From NCBI GenBank assembly GCA_051362555.1, contig CM120648.1, forward strand, positions 9,234,587 to 9,298,586: a DNA stretch of 64,000 nt, read 5' to 3'. The translations under genes were made by a program, and so were the position numbers. This stretch comes from Lingula anatina. Lineage: Eukaryota > Animalia > Brachiopoda. Positions 55,601 through 64,000 of the stretch are shown here, one piece after another. Numbering within the stretch: position 1 is the first letter of the stretch; each line of letters opens with the position of its first letter. Under the pieces are notes generated by a model. The model worked only from the letters and a program-made list of their open reading frames with translations, made no database searches and was not told the origin of the DNA.

Positions 55601-58600
55601 TCATGTCAACAGACAAGTGTCCTTTGTAAGTAAGGGGGTGTTTCGGTAGTCTGACGATTCATTGGTTCGAAGGTTCATTGCTCTGAAAAATCTTGGCATT
55701 TTCATCAGATTTTAATCAAGGGTTCTTTGGTCAGCATTCGGACCAATGAACCTTTGGACTATTGCTACAGCCCCGTAAGTAACAGAGAAGTATAGTCCTT
55801 AATTTTTGCTGATGCACCTGTTGTACCCTAAGTGCAGAGCTGAAGGTAGCTTGGATTTACACCTGTTTATGATAAACAGTTACAGCAGGTAATCAAATTG
55901 CTGTTGCTCTGAAAATGCCTTTGTATCTATTTTTTTTCTGTCGAAAGATAGTCAAAAAATGGAGGATGGATCAACAAAGATAACGTGGTAGACTGTCAGA
56001 AAATATCTCTGGATCAACCCCTGAGCTATGCCTCTCAATTAAAATGTTGATTATTCTGATGTGACATTAGAAATTTAAAGAAAGCTAAGTACCGAAAAAT
56101 AAAGCCAATTGTAAATACTTAAAATATTCTTCTAGGGTGCTTCGATATATCTGCGGATGCTTGCAGAAAAAAGTCATATCCAAATGGCCAGAAGATGAAA
56201 CAGTTAAGACAAGAGTAGTTAGGTAGGCAACTTGTCCAACTATTTTTTCACAATGATAAAATAAATTTAGAATACATTTTGTTACTTTGTAAAAAGGAAA
56301 TTATTATTGTATCGTTAAAGAAACTATTCTTAAGTATGCATGGATGTACCTGGTTTTGAAATGAAACTGGACACTAATTAGCAGTGAATCAATATCAGAA
56401 CTAGTTCATTATTTTCAGCTTTGTAAATTAAAACTCTGTGATATTTATAAATCATAAAATCTGCATATTTTGTGATGCAAGTCATTGCTCCTCTTCCCAG
56501 TGCAAGGTATATTATTTAAATGAATTTGAATTTGTTTCTAGCGCATTCATTTTCCTGAGGTTGTTGTGTCCAGCATTACTTAATCCCAAGTGTTTTAACA
56601 TTATATCAGGTAGGATTTTGTTTCATTGGCCAAGCTTGAACCCTTGAACCCTTGACATATCACTCAGTGTTTTCGGAGTTGAAAATAACCCATTTCTAAT
56701 GAGAATTACAGATTATTTGTATGTGTATTTTGTTGAGAAAAGACTTGGCCAATGAGTTATTAAATCTATTATATCAGGTAGGATTTCTTCTTTAAAAAAT
56801 TATTTACTTCCTTGTTCTTTTCTGGCCACTAATATATTATCACTTAATGTTTCGGGGGTTACAGGATAGAATAAAAACCTTTTCTATTAAAAATGACAGA
56901 TTTTTGTGAAGAGAAAATGGTTTTAAGAAAAAGCTTGACTTGGGCCATATAATTTATTTTGCATAATGAAGAAACTCCTTCAGAAATGGCAGCAAGAAGT
57001 TTAAAACTGGTGGCAAAGTCCCTGCAGAATCTAGCAAATTTAGTGGAATTTGGTGCAAAGGTAACACAACTAATAGAAATCTTTTAGATGCATTAATGAT
57101 GTTGGATATTTTTCTGAAGATTGTACAACAAGAAGTATTTTATTCCATCAAGCAATATAGTAAGGAAAAAAAATAACAATTGCATTTGCTGAAGTTTAAG
57201 TACACTCTGTACATGCTTTCATAAAATGGCACTTTTTTTAAATATTATAATGCTTTTCTTAAAATAATGTGTTGCCTGTAAAATTTTCTATTTTCCAGGA
57301 GCCTTTCATGGAAGTACTTAATTCTTTTATCCTTGAAAACAAGCAAAGAATGGTCTTGTTTCTGGATGAATTGTCTGTAAGTGTTAGTTAGGTAATAATA
57401 TTTTTAAGTATAAAAGTGATAACAGAAGAAAATGCTATAATAATTACAGTTTTGCAATGAACATGTTTTTAGCCAAATGTTTTGCCACAGGCGTGTTAAG
57501 CATATTAGGGACCATTCCCACAGACATTTGAATCGATCTATCTCCATGGGGAGTCTCATTAAATTGCTATCAACTTAACCGGCTTAAATGTCTGTCACCA
57601 TGCAGATGGATCGATCTAGGCATGGGAACCCAGTTTTAAAAAAGGTGTAAAGCCTGACTATACAACACAGTGCAAAATACACCCTTAGCTAACATTCAGA
57701 GAAATATCCCCCTTTCTGGCAGAGTGGAACAAGTGGTTTTACAAAGCATTTTATAACTTTAAAAAAAATAAAAAAATTTCACTCACTAAGTAAAGTTGAA
57801 ACAGCCCAGGGGGTGACTTTTAAATGTAACATGAGGAAATAGCATGCTTATAATGTGGCTTTTGACGTTACCAGTTAAATTACCACATGTAATTTCTTGT
57901 TATGACACTGTACTGGAAACTTTTGAAGTGCAACCTTCGATTTTATTATTCAAATCTCAATAATAGGAAAAACAACTTACTCCTAAGTCTCTATAATTAT
58001 CTTTGGATTTTGCGTTAGGTTTCAGGATATTCCAAATACATCATTCATACAGCAAAGACTTTTCATATAATTCTGTATTCTCAATGTTTGTGTGATAAAA
58101 TTTCAAAAATTAATTTTTGATATATTTTAACAATAAATATCAAGATTTTCTAGATTCATCAATTACACAAGAAAGAGGCATATCATGTACATGCAAATCT
58201 TTATATATTTCTATTGCATTTGGATGTTTTTGCTTTAAATATCAGAATGTCCCTGAGTACCCTGAAGTAGAAGACTACCAAGTAGCAAACATTGGAAGGG
58301 ACTTGGCTAATGTGCATCAGATATGCTCTTCCCGTGCTGAGGAGCTTCGGGCATTAGACCAGGCACAGGCAGCACAGGGGGATCAGAGGGACCAGAAGAA
58401 ACAGGTAGGCCGCCTCAAATGATGTTCAAAGACCCCTAGACTCTTTAATAGCAAATTTTCTTGGAAATTTCTTTTTTTTTTCAATTACCAAATGTATCTC
58501 TATGTATCTCTATGTATCTCTAATGTTCTCTATTCAGAAACCCTTGACCTAATCTATAAATATACTCTGTTCAAAACTATTGACTTATTTTATATTTAAT

Positions 58601-58979
58601 TTCGAAGCTTTTATTTTATTTTTTTAGGCAATCTGGTAATGTAGAAGGAGACTTGTAAATTTAGGTTTCATGGGTTGAAATTAGAAATGTTGTCTTCGAC
58701 CTGTTTATAGAACTAAACATCAAACATTTAGGAGATGAATGTATTTGCTAACCATTCACGGGTTACCTTTGTGTCTCATGTACCTGAATCTTTGTGTCTT
58801 TTGTCCCAGTGTACCTTTTTACTTTTTTAATTGGCGAAAATGAGTTTTTTTTTATCATGCCATTTGTGATCTTAACAGATTTGTGCACTTTACTTCTGTT
58901 TCAGCACTCGTTAAAAAGACTTGCGGCTGTGACGGATATGCTGACCAAGCATAAGCAGCACTATTTAGGTAATCTTTAA
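43269..58979 (+). CDS. RASA1: Ras GTPase-activating protein 1 (p120 RasGAP)-like: end of SH2, linker and intact PH-C2-RasGAP; true start uncertain
   Basis: Exons: 43269-43344, 44318-44489, 51110-51192, 51386-51459, 51727-51811, 52361-52584, 53136-53212, 53474-53667, 54229-54388, 54784-54926, 55510-55625, 56136-56222, 56542-56609, 56972-57060, 57299-57376, 58246-58404, 58905-58979. All are GT-AG, in phase and stop-free. Motifs: PH IVLKGFLNKK..KPKGLIDL..VHDSLFGRPSCFQL; C2 PYCTISINEVKVCRT..NPVWEDDF; arginine finger LFRAT; FIFLRLLCPALLNP; LVAKSLQNLANLVEFGAKEPFME. Confidence 0.9.
44636..50365. mobile_element. Possible decayed composite DNA transposon filling the 6.6-kb RASA1-like intron
   Basis: Weak inverted ends (GTTCACCACAA / TTGTGGAGAAACCTG), repeated GCGCCACCT subterminal motifs, higher CpG than flanking introns, and exon-like fragments with stops. 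No recognisable transposase. Confidence 0.3.
44890..45047. mobile_element. MITE with CTTCGGACCAATGAAC subrepeats
   Basis: G-rich and C-rich ends, inverted 16-bp subrepeats and a GTCT direct repeat on both flanks. Homolog at 55634-55774. Confidence 0.7.
50701..50859. mobile_element. Tourist/PIF-Harbinger-like MITE, same family as 1043-1217
   Basis: Ends GGCCCCATTCAGAATAGGGGAC... and ...GTCCCCTATTTTGAATGGGGCC. Flanks CAA/AAA (imperfect TSD). Confidence 0.7.
52074..52132. repeat. (TA)n microsatellite
   Basis: Visible directly; a second (TA)n lies at 52635-52684. Confidence 0.95.
55308..55475. mobile_element. ~168-bp MITE (CAGGGGCGGAT termini)
   Basis: TIRs CAGGGGCGGAT / ATCCGCCCCTG; 5-bp TSD CTAAA. 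A truncated copy also lies at ~55925-56023. Confidence 0.8.
55634..55774. mobile_element. MITE (same family as 44890-45047) inserted at a RASA1-like splice donor
   Basis: Flanked by GTAAGTAA at 55626-55633 and 55775-55782. Confidence 0.75.
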
Positions 58980-60302
58980 TGACACTTTCCACATGAATGG
59001 GGTTGTATCATTTAGAGGAAAGCTGTACCTGTCCTTCTGACAAGGTTAAAAGGAAGAGTGAGAATCTGACTTGGTACAGCGCATGGGGAGCATCCCTCTC
59101 CCTAGTGGAAGATTTAGAGGGGGGTCAGAGGGGTCCTGACCCCCCCCCCCCTTCCATTTCTGAAAATCAAATCACACTAATTGTCCCCTCTTGAAATTAT
59201 AATTTCGACTAGCTGAATCATAGTTGTAAACCGTACCTAATGGCACCATTCGCCCTCTAAAATACCTTTTTTTTTCATGGCCCTTTAGCAGGCTCTGAAC
59301 CCCACGCAAAGGGTGGGGTGGGGGTAGCTTCGCATCAATTAATGAAAATGAGCAGCTTATGATACTATTAACAATTTAGAGCAAAAGATCCATCAGATGC
59401 TGCAATAAGATGAAGTAAATTGTTCATAACATAGCCTGTTTAAACAAAACTTTATGTTAAATCCATTAAATGAATGGTAGTTATTCTTGACCTTTAATAA
59501 TGAATGCCTATTATTCTTGAAGCATTATCATCAGTAAATTATAGGATTTGAAGTTGACATTATTTTTCATTTATTTATTTATTGCATGATCAATATGCCA
59601 GTTGTTGCTGTTATGCCAAATATACTTTAGCAATTCATGTTTTCTTTTTTTCCCTGTTTTACAGAAAATCAAGCTGTCTAAATTGGGTTAGAGAACTGTG
59701 AAGTTGCCATAACCAGCCATAACAACTTTGGGTTCAAGATCAAATCATAACTTGTGATGCACTAATTATTACATTGTTTTAAATATGGTTAGACCTTGTT
59801 TTATATGTGCATCTCATTATAATTGAAACAAATGAGGCAACTGTAATTGCAGATGGGATTGTGTGTTCTCAACATGCATCGTGGATATTCAATTATTACA
59901 GACTGTACACACACACTTGACAACAGAAGTGTCACCCCCTGATCAGTGGAATCAAAGTTATAATGCCTAGTCTACTTATAATGTGATTAATGAGTATAAA
60001 ACTGCTGTACCATGAAATTGTATTGTTGGTCTTTTTGTGAAATTTGATGTTAATAAAATGATACCAGGAGCATATCATTCCACAGTCATTTATCTCCCCC
60101 AAAGTATTAGTTCAGTAGGGGTGACACTTCTATTGTCCAGTGTGAGTAATTTTACTTGGTATTTTTATATAATGTTTACAGGAAGGTGCAAGGTAGTCAA
60201 TCATTTTAAGCATAGCTTAACGTGCAAGGGATGCCGTATTCTACTTAATATGTACTTTTGATGATTTTTAGTATTTACTACTTTCACCCATACTAATGGA
60301 CA

Positions 60303-60470
60303 CAGGCCTGTAGCCAGCAATTTCAAAAGGGGGGTTCTTTTTCTGAAAAAGTGGACCTTTTTCCATAAAAACTTAATGTGTCTAGATCAAATTTTACCCA
60401 GAGTGGACCTTTTCCCAGCAAAAGGGGCGGTTCTTTCGAACCCCCCGAACCCCCCCTGGCTACGGGCCTG
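60303..60470. mobile_element. MITE with CAGGCC(T/C)GTAGCCAG termini
   Basis: 15-bp TIR with 14/15 matches; flanks GGACA/GTACA (degenerate 5-bp TSD). Confidence 0.7.
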
Positions 60471-62340
60471 GTACAAATCAAAATTATTCTAGTTAACTGG
60501 TCAGTGTTGAGTGTGAGGGCTAGTTTAGGTGACTCTCTTACAGGTAATAGCCAGATAGCCAGGCTTTTAACTTGTCAATCTCTTTAACTTTTGTGATAAA
60601 GAAAGAAGATGAGAAAAGGGCTTTAGTTGTTATCTATTGTACTTATTGTACTTATACTGCACAGTTTTACTAAACTTGATCAAGCACAGCAACATAAGAT
60701 GCCCTTAATGTGTTTACTTCATCTATTCTTGTTTGTAAGAAAATGGGAGCATTTTTCTGTATTTGTATCATGTTGTTTTCAATAATGCCAGATACTTAAT
60801 ATTTTGCTTAGGGATGGAACTTTTTGCCCAGATATTTACAATATGGGTGTTCTATGGTATGCAGTGAGTTGTCCTTTAAATAGATGAGCAAAATAAAGAG
60901 AGGACAGTTTATGGGATTTGTTTATAGTAGATATCATTTTAATTTTCCAATAAGTTTTGGTAATTCATCAATAGTATCTTAATTTTTTAGAACCCACCAA
61001 ACAACAGGAAAGAGATAGTCTTCCTTTGACTATGCCTTTTTTTCACCTTTAACTGTTTCGATTGCCACATTTGATTGTAATCATAACTGTGAATAACCTA
61101 TTTTCTGTGTGGTTTACAGGATTTCTCAATGTTGTTAAAGATGTCATCAAGTCCACCAATATGTGTTTATGGTTTACAGTTTCATTTGCATTCCAACTCA
61201 TAACTGAATTCTGCACAGCCAGTCTCAAGTGGTTATTTATTCAGATTTTATATAGTGTCACCACATTATGCAAATATGTATTTTGTGATCAAGATCAGTT
61301 CTGCTTGTTTGTTTTATCGCCCACTTATCAATGAAATTTTCTTTAAAAGCTAACCCATAGCTAACTTAATGCCCCCATGAATGAACACGGATGATTGCTC
61401 AGTCAGAGTACGAGTCAATTCATAACATTCACAACTTTCAGAGAAAGAATATTTATTCCTTATGAAGAAGAACTACAGTTCTGAAGTACACTTGTCTTCA
61501 TTGGGAATTTAAAAACATACAGTAGTAGCTTTGGTAAGATTTTAAAAGAAAACAATGGATATTTGCAGATAAACGGGGGTAGGGATTGCACTGCTGCCAC
61601 GATTACACAAAAAAATTTGTCAAACTTGTGCAGTTATGTAAATAAAGTTCTTTGCAAAGTTTTCAACCTGACATAATTCTGACATCTACTTGGTACCTTT
61701 GAGATGATATAATGTATCAAACTGCTCTGAAACTTGCAGATAATTTGTTTTTTCATGTACCTTCATCCAAAATACCATGAAATTGAGTCCATTTTCCCCA
61801 CTCATTTGTATGGAAAAAACTACAGAGGGGCATGTTTAATAAACAACTGAATTTGAAAATCGGTTATAGCCAAGTCTGTTTAAACTTTAGTCAACTAAGT
61901 TGTGCCACAAAGAATGAGAAAGCCATTTAAGCAAATAAAAACTTTACAATGATTTTTACTCTAAATGATAAAAATGGCTCATAGACAGAGTTCAGCTACA
62001 CTTAATTTTAGTATGCCATTTGGTATATATGCTCTTACAATAATATCACAAAAATTTGCTTTGCGTAGACAGCTATCCTGTTTTAATAGTGTTAAGTCTA
62101 AAACTTCACCTTTTTGTGTGAAACGGGGGTGGCCCCCTGGTAAGTGTGACAATGTCCAATCCATCTGTTCCAGTAAGGGACATTGACTCTACAATAAACA
62201 TACAATTAATGTCTAAATATATACAGGCAAGTGGAACAAAACTGATCTTAGAAAAAATAAAATCACACCATTAATTTAACAATACAAAAATAGCGCTAAC
62301 ATCTTAAACATAATCACTTTGTACAAAACTGGCTCTCAGA

Positions 62341-62533
62341 GAGCGCATTCAGAACTGTTACAGTGGACTAACAGATATGCAGACAAAATGTGGCGACACC
62401 AACTAAAAAGCTTATCGCTTAATTCAGGATTAGACACCGAATAGATTTCCTGCAGGGATTACGCAACAAGCATTGAAGTGGGTCTGCGATATTTGATCTT
62501 TGGATCTGTTAGTCCACTGTTCTGAATGAGTCT
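62341..62533. mobile_element. MITE with CATTCAGAAC..AGTGGACTAACAGAT inverted ends
   Basis: Inverted repeats at 62346-62375 and 62504-62528. A solo end of the same family is at 10950-10980. Confidence 0.6.
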
Positions 62534-62577
62534 AGAGAAACTGTGGCTTTTGCCATGGCCTACCTGATACCAAGCAG

Positions 62578-62807
62578 CAATGGCAGATCCAGAGGGGGTG
62601 GGGGTAGGGGGGTGGGGGGCAGTAAACAAAGTACCCCTCAGTTTCTGATACCCTTTTCTCCTTCCCTCCAAAATGTACAAAACCAAACAAAACCTATTTA
62701 TTATACTCAAGTCAATGGTTTCATATTGTGAAGCAAGGCAAATTTTTATAAAATGTTTGTATCCCACCCCCACCCCCAGTATCAAACCCTTGGATCAGCC
62801 ACCACTG
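62578..62807. mobile_element. Degenerate CAGTGGCGGATCCA-type MITE
   Basis: CAATGGCAGATCCAGAGGGGG ... TGGATCAGCCACCACTG. Related ends at 47287 and 59101. Confidence 0.45.
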
Positions 62808-64000
62808 CGGAAGAAGTCTGTACAGCATCAAATAATTGCAATATTTGCCCTAAAGCTCCCATGGAAAAACATACAGCAAACATGTTTGATTTTTGTGAGG
62901 TCACTTGTACTTGTAAAATTTTCACCCATCTGATGTTGAGCCCGGTCCCCTGGTTTCAAATTAATCTGAGAAAGAAACATTTCGGACTTGAACCCAAACA
63001 GAAAGTTTCAAACTCTATGTTAGGAAGTACAAAACAAAAACTGCTTTGCAAAAATGGAAATATTACTGCGTGTTCCAAATTACTAAGGAATTACCATATA
63101 CATTCTACAAGGTAAGTTGTGAAGAGGATGACATACAAAAGGAAAACAAAGAGCTAAAATAAATAATCTTATGATGGCTTATTACAAACTAAACAATGAA
63201 ACATAAAGAATTATTGCACAACCATTCTAATGATTCTAAAGATGTTAAACAGAATGTGCTGAAAGGGAGATTGAGGTTGGGGGGAGGGGGTGTGCAAAGG
63301 GGTCGCCAGAATCCAAATGTGAACATTTATTGCCAAAATTAGGCCACCTTAACCTTACTAAATACTTCGAAAGCATATTTCTTCAGATTGTAACATTGGT
63401 AGTAGGATAAAACATCAATCTGGACAGTGAGGGAGTTACACAGTACCTATCAGTTCCATTAGAAAATTTTCTACATCTTAACTGAACCAGGGCTTTTAAT
63501 ATTAATTAAAAATAAAAATAAAAATTTACTTTGCCTTTTATAGTTCCACCATGTTTCCCTGTTGTTTTGAAATTTCACATTATCCAATTTTTAATGAACT
63601 GCAATCATGGCACATTAAGAAAATTAAAATAACATTTTAGAAACAAAAAAGGGGGTAAGTGATGCCCTTTTTGAGCAAATTTGGTCAAAAGTTGGCCTTT
63701 ACTCAAAAAATTTTAATTTAGTGACTTTAGTATAAAAATGGAAGCCATTTACTGCACTTCGTGAAACTGCCTAATTGCTTCATTTCAGTGAATTTAACCG
63801 ATTCATAGTAGACTGCACTTTTCATCTCAATGGCAACTATCGAATTAGAATGATAGGTTTAACGGAATCCAGTTCCAGGCCCCAGTTTCACTAAAAAACT
63901 GAAGTCAGTTCCTTGGCTTAGTTGACTAGGATTTCCATGAGAGTGCTGTTACACTACTCCTGATAGGGTAAGATGTGCCCATGTAACCATGGTAATTAAG

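Noticed and set aside
59000-64000. Short ORFs downstream of the RASA1-like stop
   Set aside because: AT-rich UTR/intergenic sequence with MITEs; no coding signature.

Overview
Eukaryotic, AT-rich, intron-dense genomic DNA. An invertebrate (lophotrochozoan-like) origin is inferred from the repeat families and is not verified. Three genes were rebuilt exon by exon from GT-AG sites and continuous reading phase. (1) NCAPD2/CAP-D2 (condensin I subunit), minus strand, 33 coding exons, 4614-26864. (2) A transmembrane FG-nucleoporin with POM121 signature motifs in the correct order, plus strand, 13 exons, ~27765-37891, head-to-head with NCAPD2 across a compact promoter. (3) A RASA1/p120-RasGAP-like gene, plus strand. 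Its PH-C2-RasGAP exons (44318-58979) are intact, but its 5' adaptor exons are decaying. The SH3 exon has become a 13-copy 45-bp minisatellite with stops, the C-SH2 exon has a dead acceptor, frameshifts and a stop, and no N-SH2 was found. Introns carry two Helentron-type non-autonomous elements (HINE-like) with ~161-bp tandem arrays, several MITE families with target-site duplications, microsatellites and several duplicated splice donors. Homology calls rest on recalled human protein motifs; no database search was run.
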